Source: an uncultured Alphaproteobacteria bacterium (GTDB lineage Bacteria > Pseudomonadota > Alphaproteobacteria > Rickettsiales > UBA1997). From it: a stretch of DNA of 58,102 nucleotides. The stretch is from positions 1-58,102 of the forward strand of contig CAIZZE010000032.1 of NCBI GenBank assembly GCA_903937405.1, in the 5' to 3' direction. Below are positions 1 through 9,806 of the stretch, in pieces. Position numbers and translations under genes: made by a program. The notes beneath the pieces were generated by a model. That model searched no databases, was not told the DNA's origin, and saw only the letters and a list, made by a program, of their open reading frames with translations. Within the stretch, counting starts at the first letter, position 1. Each line of letters opens with the position of its first letter.

Positions 1-2
1 TA

Positions 3-140
3 TTTGGCGTGACTCGTGTGACAATGATGAGGTGGATAAAAGATTTTGATAAAGAATCAATTGGTGGTCTAGTAGTTAGAAAAGGAAGGGGAAGAAAAAA
101 AATGTTTACCAAAGATTATGAAAGCAAGGTTTATAAAATA
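3..140 (+). pseudogene. IS630-family transposase N-terminal HTH fragment
   Basis: My translation of frame 3 is FGVTRVTMMRWIKDFDKESIGGLVVRKGRGRKK, resembling the IS630 HTH plus GRxK motif. Similarity ends at the ACCCC at 141. Confidence 0.65.
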
Positions 141-621
141 ACCCCAGTAACGCTTAAGCAACCCCAACTCGATTCAAGTAAATCCTAGGTTTGCGGGTTT
201 AACATGTAGGCAAGTAATGCTGATAAAACGTTAGTGAAGTAGTTGATTTTCGATCTGTATTTCGTGTGAACAAGGTGTCGAAAATCTTTTAATTGTCCAA
301 AGACAGTTTCGATGATTCCGCGTTTTTTTAGCAGAAATTTAGTTGTTTCGGAAATCGGTTTTGGCTTCATATTTTGTCTAACTTTTGTGATAAGATGAAG
401 CCCGTGTTTTAATAGCGCTGCTGCTGTTTTAGCTGATAAATATCCTTTGTCTCCAAACAAAAATCCGCTTAGTTTTTTAGCTAATTCTGCAGTCATATTT
501 TGATCAGAAATATTGCCCTTAGTGATCGCGAAAGAGACGATTTCTCCGAGGTGATTTGTGATCAAATGAAGCTTAAATCCATAGAACCAACCGCAACTTG
601 AGACTCCTCTTTGAGCAAGAT
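141..621 (-). mobile_element. IS982-family element remnant (C-terminal half of transposase plus putative right end)
   Basis: ORF 185..565 extends upstream in frame as LAQRGVSSCGWFYGFKLHL and contains GDKGY and KRGIIETVFGQLK, typical of IS982. ACCCC at 141 fits IS982 termini. The 5' half is absent. Confidence 0.85.
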
Positions 622-669
622 AATTTGAGCACTTTTTTGGTAAAATTTTGAAAAATCAAGCAGACAATT

Positions 670-3600
670 CTAAATCTCCAATCTTGGCAGCGCCCGCACG
701 ATCTTCATGGTTTCAAGGCTCACTGTGATTACTCGCAAAAGTAGATCAAGTGGGTAGCGGGCGTTGTTCATGGTCTCAAACGCCCAAAGATTGGCGTCGT
801 TGACAATGCCGCTTTCTTTGTGAGTTGAAATGTCTTGGCGCTCCATTACCCATTCAATTGCGGGTTTGCCGTTAACCACGTATGAGTAAGCTTCGAGTGG
901 AATATTTTCGACAGTGATTTTTGAATTATAGATCACCTTTGTCTTATCGGTTTCTTTGCCAGCTTTGGCAAATTTCATTTTCTCAACTTTAAAATCTGCG
1001 TCTTTCAGCATTTCAATTGCCAAATTTCCACCAGCAAAACTTGCCGCAAAAGGCGAGACATTTTCGTAATTGATGTGAAGCTCAGCAAGCTCGCGACCAG
1101 CTTGGCTAAAATGTAAAAAGTCGGCGAATTTTTTCACGCAGGGAATGCGCGGCAATTCTTTGGTGAGATTGTCAGCAAATCTTTGTTTGTAATCTTCCGA
1201 GTGCAAAAGCCCGTAAATGTAGTAAAAAACATCTTCCTTCGAAATTTTTTCACCCGCGTAATTTTTAGAAAAATGCGCCAAACCTGCGTCGGTAATTCCA
1301 TCTTTCACCACAAAATTTCCTTCAGTTTTTTCGTCGAATAAACTGGCTGGTTTTGGAGCGTCTGCAAACAGATTATCTTGCGGGTTTGAATCTTGAGCTG
1401 CGTGAGTCTCATTGGTTTTTGGTGAGAAGAGTTTTAGCGGGAAGCATTGCCCTTTTTCAATAGTATCGAGGCTAGAAATTTGATCCATTATCAAAGCCGA
1501 AAAACCACTCCTAGCGCCAACCCCAGAAACACAAATTACCCTATTTTTAACCGAAGCATCAGGGAAAATCTGCGGCATTTGCAAAACCATTTCATTGAGC
1601 TGACGACTGAAATACATCCATTGTTTTGTAAAAGGACGATAGCTTGCAAAAACCAAACAATTCTTTTGAAAAGAAGCGTCTTTTTTTAGACTTAAATCTT
1701 TTTTTAAAGCTCGCGACCAACTAATTTTTGTTGAATCGCTGGCAACAAAATCATCAATTTTAGGAAAATTTCCTTTTGCCAAACCATCGCACGCTGCCTT
1801 ATAGCGCAATACTTCGCTGTTATAAAAATCAATCATGCTACTCATGTTTTTGGCGAGCTGATTTTTAGAAAAATTATAGCACCAAGCGTCGCGATTGGTG
1901 GCGACACCTAAAGAATAATTTTCAAAAATTACTGAGCTGTTTTTGTCTTTCTTGTCCCCAAGTGAAATGTGATTAGCAAAACTTTCGTCGCGTTGGTTTA
2001 TCCAATCGCCGTGAGAATCTGGAACAATTTCTTGCCACAAGTTGGAAGCTGAAATTTTTTCAATACTTTTAAGCTCAACAACCTTTGTTAGCTTTTCTTC
2101 CGTTTTTAAATCATCACCAATGTCGCAATAATAAATTTTTCCTTGTTTTTGAGCTTTAGGATTTTTGATAAAAAGCGTGATTGCAGTTCCCGTCATTGAG
2201 CCGCTGCCAAAAACATTTTGCCCTTCTTTTGCCTTACCCTTGCTAAGCATATTTTTGCGAATATCGCCACGAAGATTAAAGGCGTAAATGCTTGAAAATT
2301 CTTGCGCCAAAGATTTACGCAAACCATCCATCGCTGATTTTTCAAGAAAGCCGCTTCCCGAAACAAACCCAATCACGCCCGCGTCTTTTATGCGATCACT
2401 CGCCCAGCGAATTGAGCGAATGTAAGAATCATAAAGCCCTTTTGACAAAGCGGCTTTTGAGTTTTTGGCGTAGGTCTCAGCAATGTTTTCATCAAGCTTT
2501 GGATAAGAGACATTTTGGTTGTCGTCATTGGCGCTTTCTTGACCAATCGAATAAGGTGGGTTGCCAATAATCACGCGAATATCCAACTTCTTCTGCCGCT
2601 TACGGCGCGCGCTGTTATCCACCAAAATCTCGCTGATTAAATCTTCTTTTTCGTAAAGCGCGAAAGTGTCGGTTAGGCAAATTCCATCAAACGGCTTGTA
2701 GTCGCCACCCATAATGTCGTGATAAACCGATTCAATATTGATGGTGGCGATGTAATAAGCCAAAAGCACAATTTCGTTGGCGTGAATTTCGTGAGTGTAT
2801 TTGTGGGCGAGTTGTTCTTTTGAAATTAAGCCGCTTTGCATTAGGCGGGTGATGAAAGTGCCAGTTCCTGTGAAAGGGTCGATGATGTGAACATTTTCGC
2901 TGCCTAAGGTTTGCCCAAATTCATTTTTTAGCGCGTCGTTTACCGAGTGAATGATGAAGTCAACCACCTCAACTGGCGTGTAAACAATGCCCAAACGCTC
3001 GGTCATTTTGGGAAAGGCGTTTTTGAAAAATTTGTCGTAAAGCTCAATGATGATTTTTTGTTTTGCGGCCACGTCATTAATGTTGGCAGCGCGTTGTTTG
3101 ACGCTGTCGTAGAATTTTTGCAGAGTGTCCGCTTCTTTTTCTAAATGGTGCTGACTTAAAACTTCAACCACGCCTTGCATGGCTTTGGAAACTGGGTTGT
3201 TTTTGGCGAAAGAATAGCCTTCAAAAAGCGCATCAAAAACTGGCTTGGTGATTAAATGTTGGGCGAGCATTTCAATTGCTTCACCCTCGGTGATTTGGTT
3301 GTTTAGGTCGTCGCGTAGCTCGTTTAAAAAATCTTCAAAGGCTTTGATTTCTTGCGAGTTTTCTGGGTTTTTTAAAATTGAATTGATGCGCTCGATATGT
3401 TTTTTGGCGATTGTTGAAATGTCGTTTGCCCAATCTTCCCAATGGCTGCGCTTGCCGCATTTTTTAACAACTTGGGCGTAAATGGCGCGCTCGATTTCGC
3501 TTACTTCAAATTTTATTTCTGTTTGTTGATTGCCTGAATTGCCGCTGTTTTTTGCTGCTTCGCCAATGCCAAAGCTGTTTTTGGCTTGTTGATTTTCGTT

Positions 3601-5640
3601 TGGTTTTTGAGCTTGGTTTTTTGCGCCAATTTTGTTGGTGATGCAAATTACTTCCATTTTGCTTAAGTCGCGCACGCCAAGATCAAGTTTATTTGTGAGG
3701 GCGTCGAAGCGGTCGTCGTGTGAACGCAAAGCTTGCAACACTTGCCACACAACTTTGTAGTTTTGGTTTTTATCCAAGCTTTCGTTGGCTTCCATGCCTG
3801 AAGGAATAACGACGGGCAAAATTACGTAGCCGCGTTTTTTACCTTCAGCATTTCGCATTACGCGCCCAACCGATTGCACCACATCAATTTGCGAATTGCG
3901 CGGCGTTAAAAACAAAACTGCGTCCAGTGCTGGCACGTCAACACCTTCAGAAAGGCAGCGCACGTTGCTTAAAATACGGCAGGTATTTTCTGAAGTTTCG
4001 GCTTTTAGCCAATCAATTTTTTCTTCTTTTTGGCTGGCATTCATTGAGCCGTCTACGTGCGCGGCTTCGCAAACTAATTTGGTTGCTAACTTGTCGCTTG
4101 CAGCTTCTTGTTTTTTGTATTCTTCCACGACAGCCGAAAACATGCTGGAGATTTTTTTGGAGCTGACTTTGTTGGTTTTGGAAGTGGCACTTTGTGGTTC
4201 GATCACTTGGCAAAATGCAACGGCGCGGCGCATTGGGTTGGCGTCGTCGTTTAAATCTTCGGCAGTATCTTGTTTTGAAAGAGCTTTCCAACAGCCAATA
4301 ATTCTGGCGGCATCGTCAACTTTAAGCGCGTTGTTTTCGTCTTTTAGTAAGTGCTGAAGGCGGTCGCTGACATGCTGTGAATCAACAGCCAAGACGATTA
4401 CTTTGTAATCAACTAGAAGACCTTGTTTTACGGCTTCAGAAAAATTGATGGTGAAAAGTGTTTCGCCGTAAAGCGCTTCGTCATCCATTGAACAAATAGC
4501 GATTTTATCTTTTTCAGCAACTGCCTTGGCTTCATTGCCATAGATGCGGGGCGTTGCCGTCATGTAAAGACGCTTGGCTGATTTGATGAAATTAGCATCG
4601 TGAACTTGCACAAAATTTGATTCGTCTTTGTCATCAAAAGTTTGTCCCGTGGTGCGGTGGGCTTCGTCGCAAATGATTAGGTCAAAATCTTCGAGGCTGT
4701 GATTTTTTTGGGCTTTAGAAATTACTTCAATTGAGTGGTAGGTTGAAAATACAACGCTCATGTGGTGCGAGTCGTGGCGTTTCTGCATTTCAAAAGCTAG
4801 GCGCGCAGAGTTGGTGGTTGCGGGGTAGCGCAGTTCATGAGTGAAGGTTTGGACGATGTCGTCTTCATTTTTTCGTTTCTTGCCAACGTCAGAGTCAGAG
4901 CAGACAGCGAAACTGTTGAGGGGTGTGGCGCTTTCTTGCGTCCACTCGGTTAGGGTTTGAGAAAGTAACGAAAGCGAAGGGACTAAAAACAAAACTCGCT
5001 TGTTTTTGCCCGCTAGTTTTTCGGCAATTTTTAGAGAGGTGAAAGTTTTTCCAGTGCCGCAAGCCATGATTAATTTGCCGCGAGCCGCTTCCCGCAAACC
5101 TTCTTCAACTGATTTTAGGGCGGCTTTTTGATGGTCGCGAAGCTCTTTCTTTTTCTTTAAAATCGGCTGCTGGTTTGGTTGGTATTTTGACCAATCAATT
5201 TGGCTATTTTCTAAATCGTTTAGATCGATTTTGGTGACGGGTGGTTGTTGATTTTGTAGCGCATCTTCAGCATGTTCAGACCAATTGTTGGTAGTGGTGA
5301 CGATGATTCTTTGGCTGAATTGTTTTTTGCCTGAGGCTGTAAAAAAGCTGTCGATGTCAGATTTTTGAATGCGGTAGGTTTCTTCGTAAAATTTGCATTG
5401 AATGGCGTGAAATTCGTTGGTGCCGTGAGTTGTGGCAACCAAGTCAATTCCTGAGTCGCGCTGATTTAAATTTTGCTCTTTTGCCCAATTTGAATAAGTT
5501 TGAACCGAAGAAAAAAGCTGTTGGTAAAAAGGCTCGTTTTGAAAATATTTAATTGCCAATTCTTCAAAATAAGTGCCTTGTTCGCGATTGGTTTGAGAAT
5601 TCTGACGAAGGGTTTTTAATAAATTTTGCAGGGCAGTCAT
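670..5640 (-). CDS. Type ISP restriction-modification enzyme (Mrr-like nuclease, SF2 helicase, N6-adenine MTase, target recognition domain)
   Basis: GIDLV..AIQCKFY nuclease; MACGTGKT, DEAH, QSVGRVMR helicase; DPFTGTGTF and GNPPY MTase; 1656 aa, LlaGI/LlaBIII-like layout. Confidence 0.93.
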   Translation of the reverse strand: MTALQNLLKTLRQNSQTNREQGTYFEELAIKYFQNEPFYQQLFSSVQTYSNWAKEQNLNQRDSGIDLVATTHGTNEFHAIQCKFYEETYRIQKSDIDSFFTASGKKQFSQRIIVTTTNNWSEHAEDALQNQQPPVTKIDLNDLENSQIDWSKYQPNQQPILKKKKELRDHQKAALKSVEEGLREAARGKLIMACGTGKTFTSLKIAEKLAGKNKRVLFLVPSLSLLSQTLTEWTQESATPLNSFAVCSDSDVGKKRKNEDDIVQTFTHELRYPATTNSARLAFEMQKRHDSHHMSVVFSTYHSIEVISKAQKNHSLEDFDLIICDEAHRTTGQTFDDKDESNFVQVHDANFIKSAKRLYMTATPRIYGNEAKAVAEKDKIAICSMDDEALYGETLFTINFSEAVKQGLLVDYKVIVLAVDSQHVSDRLQHLLKDENNALKVDDAARIIGCWKALSKQDTAEDLNDDANPMRRAVAFCQVIEPQSATSKTNKVSSKKISSMFSAVVEEYKKQEAASDKLATKLVCEAAHVDGSMNASQKEEKIDWLKAETSENTCRILSNVRCLSEGVDVPALDAVLFLTPRNSQIDVVQSVGRVMRNAEGKKRGYVILPVVIPSGMEANESLDKNQNYKVVWQVLQALRSHDDRFDALTNKLDLGVRDLSKMEVICITNKIGAKNQAQKPNENQQAKNSFGIGEAAKNSGNSGNQQTEIKFEVSEIERAIYAQVVKKCGKRSHWEDWANDISTIAKKHIERINSILKNPENSQEIKAFEDFLNELRDDLNNQITEGEAIEMLAQHLITKPVFDALFEGYSFAKNNPVSKAMQGVVEVLSQHHLEKEADTLQKFYDSVKQRAANINDVAAKQKIIIELYDKFFKNAFPKMTERLGIVYTPVEVVDFIIHSVNDALKNEFGQTLGSENVHIIDPFTGTGTFITRLMQSGLISKEQLAHKYTHEIHANEIVLLAYYIATINIESVYHDIMGGDYKPFDGICLTDTFALYEKEDLISEILVDNSARRKRQKKLDIRVIIGNPPYSIGQESANDDNQNVSYPKLDENIAETYAKNSKAALSKGLYDSYIRSIRWASDRIKDAGVIGFVSGSGFLEKSAMDGLRKSLAQEFSSIYAFNLRGDIRKNMLSKGKAKEGQNVFGSGSMTGTAITLFIKNPKAQKQGKIYYCDIGDDLKTEEKLTKVVELKSIEKISASNLWQEIVPDSHGDWINQRDESFANHISLGDKKDKNSSVIFENYSLGVATNRDAWCYNFSKNQLAKNMSSMIDFYNSEVLRYKAACDGLAKGNFPKIDDFVASDSTKISWSRALKKDLSLKKDASFQKNCLVFASYRPFTKQWMYFSRQLNEMVLQMPQIFPDASVKNRVICVSGVGARSGFSALIMDQISSLDTIEKGQCFPLKLFSPKTNETHAAQDSNPQDNLFADAPKPASLFDEKTEGNFVVKDGITDAGLAHFSKNYAGEKISKEDVFYYIYGLLHSEDYKQRFADNLTKELPRIPCVKKFADFLHFSQAGRELAELHINYENVSPFAASFAGGNLAIEMLKDADFKVEKMKFAKAGKETDKTKVIYNSKITVENIPLEAYSYVVNGKPAIEWVMERQDISTHKESGIVNDANLWAFETMNNARYPLDLLLRVITVSLETMKIVRALPRLEI

Positions 5641-5722
5641 TTGTGAGTTTTTAATATTTTAATTTGTTCAAAAATCTAAATTTTCTAGGCATGTTTGGGA
5701 TAATACGCTTAGAAAACTTCAA

Positions 5723-5778
5723 TTTTCTATAAGTGAGACGCTCATCACTTATAGGAAAGCGCATTTTTCTATAAGTGA
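5723..5778. promoter_or_regulatory. Three copies of a 14-bp motif TTTTCTATAAGTGA (direct, inverted, direct); putative operator
   Basis: Copies at 5723-5736, 5745-5758 (inverted, 13/14) and 5765-5778, between the Fic stop and the Type ISP start. Confidence 0.55.
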
Positions 5779-5784
5779 TAAGTT

Positions 5785-6858
5785 CTAAAAACCACCACCC
5801 AAAAGTTTAAAAAGCTTGATGTTGATGTAGTAAGATTCGCGCCATTTCTTTTCTTTGTGCATTAAGCCAATGCGCAGCAACTCGTTTAAATATTTGGTTG
5901 CTGTAAGGTTACTAACGCCAAGTTCTCTAACCACAAAATCAATTTTGGTGTAAGGGTGGCCAAATATCACATTAATCAGGTCTTGGCTGTAAATTTTTGG
6001 TAATTCGCTACGCATCTTATCTTTATGATTTTGCATCAGAATTTTCATGCCTTGAATTAGCTGAGTGGTTTGGCGTGAGGTTTGCTCGATGCCTTCAAGC
6101 ATGAATAAAGCCCATTCTTCCCAAGCATCTTCGTTGCGCACTTTTTGCAAAAGTCGGTAATAGTCGGCTTTGTTTTTGTTGATGTAGCGAGACAAATAAA
6201 GAATTGGGCTATTTAGCAATTTTTGTTTTACGAGGTACAAAACATTGATGATCCTTCCTGTTCTGCCATTGCCGTCGTAGAAAGGGTGAATGGTTTCAAA
6301 TTGATGGTGGATAATCGCCATTTTGATAAGCGGGTCTAAGTTAGAAATATCATCGTCATTGATGAATTTTTCTAAGTTCGACATAAGTGATTCGATTTCC
6401 GCTGGATTTTGCGGCGGCATGTAAACCACTTCGCCAGTTTTATCATTTTTCAAAGCCGTGCCGGGCAATTTTCTAAAACCAGCCTTGTTCTCTTCTAGTC
6501 TGGCCTGAATTTCCAGAATGCAGTTGTTCGTTAACAACTCTGACTTTTTGATCTCTTCAAATCCATTTTTTAGAGCAGCGGCATAATTATAAACTTCTTT
6601 GGCAGCATGAGTTGTAAAGCTCTGAGTTACGGCATCACTTTTGTAAAGTTCGTCATCAGTGGTGATAATATTTTCAATCGCCGAGCTGTCTTTTGCTTCC
6701 TGTAAAGACAGGGTATTAAGCAAAATATTTTGGTTGGGAATAATCGCAGCAACGCCTTTCAATTCTGCCAAAGCTTGATGTGCTTTGGTCAGTTTTTTAA
6801 GAATTTCTTTGGTTTCGAAATCTTTCTTGAGTGGAAGTTGCGGTATGATGTAATTCAT
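5785..6858 (-). CDS. Fic family protein with C-terminal HTH
   Basis: HPFYDGNGRTGR catalytic motif, SSAIEN inhibitory motif, C-terminal ELGVSNLTATKYLNEL HTH. Confidence 0.9.
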   Translation of the reverse strand: MNYIIPQLPLKKDFETKEILKKLTKAHQALAELKGVAAIIPNQNILLNTLSLQEAKDSSAIENIITTDDELYKSDAVTQSFTTHAAKEVYNYAAALKNGFEEIKKSELLTNNCILEIQARLEENKAGFRKLPGTALKNDKTGEVVYMPPQNPAEIESLMSNLEKFINDDDISNLDPLIKMAIIHHQFETIHPFYDGNGRTGRIINVLYLVKQKLLNSPILYLSRYINKNKADYYRLLQKVRNEDAWEEWALFMLEGIEQTSRQTTQLIQGMKILMQNHKDKMRSELPKIYSQDLINVIFGHPYTKIDFVVRELGVSNLTATKYLNELLRIGLMHKEKKWRESYYINIKLFKLLGGGF

Positions 6859-7130
6859 TTTTTTACTTAATTTGTCTTGGTTAATTGGTATAAACTGACT
6901 TTTCTAATTCTTTTTGTAACTGCATTAGCGGCCATCTTTCAATTGCTCCTAAGCTCCTTATTTTAGCCGATAAATTCCAGTTATTATTTTTGGCTTCAAG
7001 AATAGTTCTTTTGAAAAATAGGTAATTGGTTTGATTTTTAGTGGTTATATTTTGATCTGTCGCAAAAGCCTGGCGAAGCAATGATTATAAGGATTAAGAA
7101 GAGTGCAGAAATTAATCTAATCATGAAAAT

Positions 7131-7400
7131 TTAATTGGTTTCAAGTAAGTGATGATAATTTTTATGTTTACGCAGCCAAGACGTTGAATATCCACAAATC
7201 GGAATTATTTTTAATTTCTCCGCGTCAGCTTTTCTAGCAATTTCTTCCATTAATTTTCCGGCTGCACCGGTTCCACGAAGTTCAATTGGCGCTTCAACAT
7301 ATTTTATTGTTAGGATGTTTTTTTCTAAGCGATAATTGGCGAAAGTAATGAGACCGTTTGTTATGATTTCGAAGCGGGAATTTTGTTTGTTATCTTTCAT
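7131..7400 (-). CDS. Small GNAT acetyltransferase (YjdJ-like)
   Basis: LRGTGAAGKL acetyl-CoA motif and KIIPICGY; 89 aa. Confidence 0.8.
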   Translation of the reverse strand: MKDNKQNSRFEIITNGLITFANYRLEKNILTIKYVEAPIELRGTGAAGKLMEEIARKADAEKLKIIPICGYSTSWLRKHKNYHHLLETN

Positions 7401-7536
7401 TTCATCTCCGTTTTACTTGATGAAAAAATGTAATGAGCTTGTTGGAATAGACCGCTTAGCTTGCTTACGCACTTCGTACTACAGTGCAGTTCATCCGCTT
7501 TTGCTTACAATACAGTCTTGTCGTCCCTAGCGGGCC

Positions 7537-7572
7537 AGTCGCGATGTAGCGTAAGCGAAAGAGGATGGCGGA
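7537..7572 (-). repeat. tRNA-3'-end-like sequence plus trailer; putative att junction
   Basis: 7537-7568 matches 31659-31690 (tRNA-Arg trailer plus CCA) at 28/32. ATGGCGGA at 7565-7572 repeats the tRNA-Ser 3' end at 10258-10265. Confidence 0.6.
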
Positions 7573-7721
7573 GCTGACTGCATTCCAAACGAACCATTCT
7601 CTATCGAATGTCATTTCTAAACCTATTGTTTGTAAGACTCCAGACCATCTTATACTTAACCAAAAAGTTCGAAAAAATTTTAGCGATAGGCAAGTGGCAT
7701 TTTAAGCAAACCAAATTTAGT

Positions 7722-7776
7722 TTCTCAATTATGTTGAGAATTATAAGGTAATACTTTATGGTTCAAGAATCATAAA
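7722..7776 (+). promoter_or_regulatory. Putative sigma70 promoter overlapped by two inverted repeats
   Basis: TTGAGA (7734)-17 bp-TATGGT (7757). Inverted repeats TTCTCAA-n5-TTGAGAA (7722-7740) and TTTATGGTTC-aa-GAATCATAAA (7755-7776). Confidence 0.5.
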
Positions 7777-7791
7777 ACCATGAGGTGGAAA

Positions 7792-8775
7792 ATGGACTAC
7801 AAAAAACTAACTGAAAAAAAGAAAATATTAGATAAGCACAGACCTTTCGATACTGCGCTGATAAAGAATTTGGAAGAATGGTTTCGAATTGAATTAACCT
7901 ATACCAGCAATGCCATTGAAGGAAATACTTTGTCGCGCGCTGAAACTGCTTTGGTTGTTGAAAAGGGCTTAACTATTGGCGGTAAATCCATTACCGAACA
8001 TCTTGAGGCAATGAATCATGCTGCGGCTTTGGATTTTGTTAAAGAGCAAATCAAGCGCAAACCATCAGACCTAAAAGAAAAAGACATTCTCAAAATTCAC
8101 GAAATAATTTTAGATAAAATCGATCGTGAAAATGCTGGAATTTATCGCCGAGTTCCTGTTCGAATTTCTGGCTCCGCTGTTGTTCTACCAAATCCAAGAA
8201 AAGTTCAGGATTTAATGGATGGGTTTTTCTCTTGGTTAAAAAAAGAAGAAAAAATGCACGCCGTCGAACTTGCTGCAGAAGCTCACTATCGCTTTGTTAC
8301 CATTCACCCATTCATTGATGGTAATGGTAGAACTGCTCGTTTGTTGATGAATATGATTTTGATGATGAAAGGTTATCCACCTGCGATTATCAGAAAGAAT
8401 GATCGCTTGGCTTACATCAAATCTTTGGAAAAACCTCAGTTGGTTAATGGTGAAGGCGATTCAAAAAATGATTATTTCAAACTAATTGCCGCTGCTGTTG
8501 ATCGCTCTCTGAATATTTATCTAAAGGCAATTGATGGTGAAGTTGAAAAACCAGAAAGTGAGAAGCTTCTAAAAATCGGCGAACTTGCCAAGGCAACAAA
8601 TCAAACAGTTCCAACCATCAGGCATTGGACAAAAGAGGGTTTGTTGCAGGTTGCGGAGGTAACGGAATCAGGCTATCAAATGTTTAGTGAGGAGATGATC
8701 GAAAGAGTAAGAAATATTGAAAAAATGAAACATAAACGCCTGACGCTTACTGAAATAAAGAGGGAGATAAAATGA
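7792..8775 (+). CDS. Fic protein fused to a C-terminal MerR-type HTH
   Basis: SNAIEGN, HPFIDGNGRTAR, and C-terminal LLKIGELAKATNQTVPTIRHWTKEGLL. Start moved to ATG 7792, which follows the SD-like GAGGTGG. Confidence 0.88.
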   Translation: MDYKKLTEKKKILDKHRPFDTALIKNLEEWFRIELTYTSNAIEGNTLSRAETALVVEKGLTIGGKSITEHLEAMNHAAALDFVKEQIKRKPSDLKEKDILKIHEIILDKIDRENAGIYRRVPVRISGSAVVLPNPRKVQDLMDGFFSWLKKEEKMHAVELAAEAHYRFVTIHPFIDGNGRTARLLMNMILMMKGYPPAIIRKNDRLAYIKSLEKPQLVNGEGDSKNDYFKLIAAAVDRSLNIYLKAIDGEVEKPESEKLLKIGELAKATNQTVPTIRHWTKEGLLQVAEVTESGYQMFSEEMIERVRNIEKMKHKRLTLTEIKREIK

Positions 8776-9806
8776 CGCATAAAAATAAACGAGAATTTGC
8801 TATTGATTCAAGTAGGTTAAAAGCAAGGCATTTTCAAATTGAAGACCTTCAAATTCTTAACGAATTACACAGTGATGAAATCGTTGTTAGCACAACCAGC
8901 GGCACTCCACAAACTCTTGAAGAAACAAAAAATGAGTTGCTAGCAATCATTGATCACCGCGCCAAATACAGAGTTGCTCAAATGGCTTTTTTTGATCATG
9001 GCGGGAATTTTATTGGTCGCTGCGGAATAATTCATCGAAATTTTGCAACTGATGATGATTACAGCTATGAGATTAGATACGCTATTCATCGTCGGTGTCA
9101 AGGATTTGGAATTGGAGCAGAAATGGTCTTCTCGTACATTGATCACATCTTTAATGATCCTCAAATTGAAATTGATGTAATAACTGCTGGCGTGAGGATT
9201 GATGGTCATGAAGCGTCATCTAAAATTTTACTTAAGCTCGGTTTTTCCTATGTTGGAGATAAAATTTTTCGTGGTAACGGCAAAAATACCAGAATGTATG
9301 AGCTCAAGAAGAAGGAATGGCTGGAAACTGATAATGCTGGAACAAAATCATCTCAAAGAAAAGACAGCACAAAAATAGCGATCCAGGTAATAGATTTTGA
9401 TTCCGATCTTTATCAAAAATCATTAGATTTCCGCTATAAAATATTGCGAGAACCGCTAGGACTTATTTGGAGTAAAAAAGATCTAGATGGCGAAGAATCG
9501 CAATCTCATATCTCGGCAATATGCAATCAGAAAATTGTCGGAACAGTTGTTTTAAAGTCGGTCTCTAAAACCAGAATAAAATTACGACAAATGGCGGTTG
9601 ATAGCCATCTACAAGGCAATGGAATCGGTAAAAAATTGGTTTTGTTTGCTGAAAGTTTAGCAAAATCACAAGGCTTCCAAGAAGTTGAAATGATTGCAAG
9701 AATTTCAGCTTTGGATTTTTACAAGAAACTTGGATACAAAACTGAAGGAGAGGAATTTGAAGAGGTAACCGTTAGATCAATTAACATGATCAAGAATCTT
9801 TCCTGA
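8772..9806 (+). CDS. Tandem GNAT acetyltransferase (RimJ-like plus YjcF-like domains)
   Basis: Two acetyl-CoA motifs (QGFGIG, QGNGIG), SSKILLKLGF and FYKKLGY; ATGA overlap with the Fic gene. Confidence 0.8.
   Translation: MTHKNKREFAIDSSRLKARHFQIEDLQILNELHSDEIVVSTTSGTPQTLEETKNELLAIIDHRAKYRVAQMAFFDHGGNFIGRCGIIHRNFATDDDYSYEIRYAIHRRCQGFGIGAEMVFSYIDHIFNDPQIEIDVITAGVRIDGHEASSKILLKLGFSYVGDKIFRGNGKNTRMYELKKKEWLETDNAGTKSSQRKDSTKIAIQVIDFDSDLYQKSLDFRYKILREPLGLIWSKKDLDGEESQSHISAICNQKIVGTVVLKSVSKTRIKLRQMAVDSHLQGNGIGKKLVLFAESLAKSQGFQEVEMIARISALDFYKKLGYKTEGEEFEEVTVRSINMIKNLS

Noticed and set aside
1447-5447. Short ORFs overlapping the Type ISP gene, and similar shadow ORFs across the window
   Set aside because: They are antisense or out of frame within well-supported genes and show no recognisable motifs.
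6881-7081. 66-aa ORF between the Fic and small GNAT genes
   Set aside because: TTG start and no recognisable motif; it may be a gene remnant but cannot be supported.
7566-7610. Possible additional tRNA gene
   Set aside because: Only the CCA-proximal bases and a GTTCG match; spacing and cloverleaf fail. Treated as an att-like remnant.
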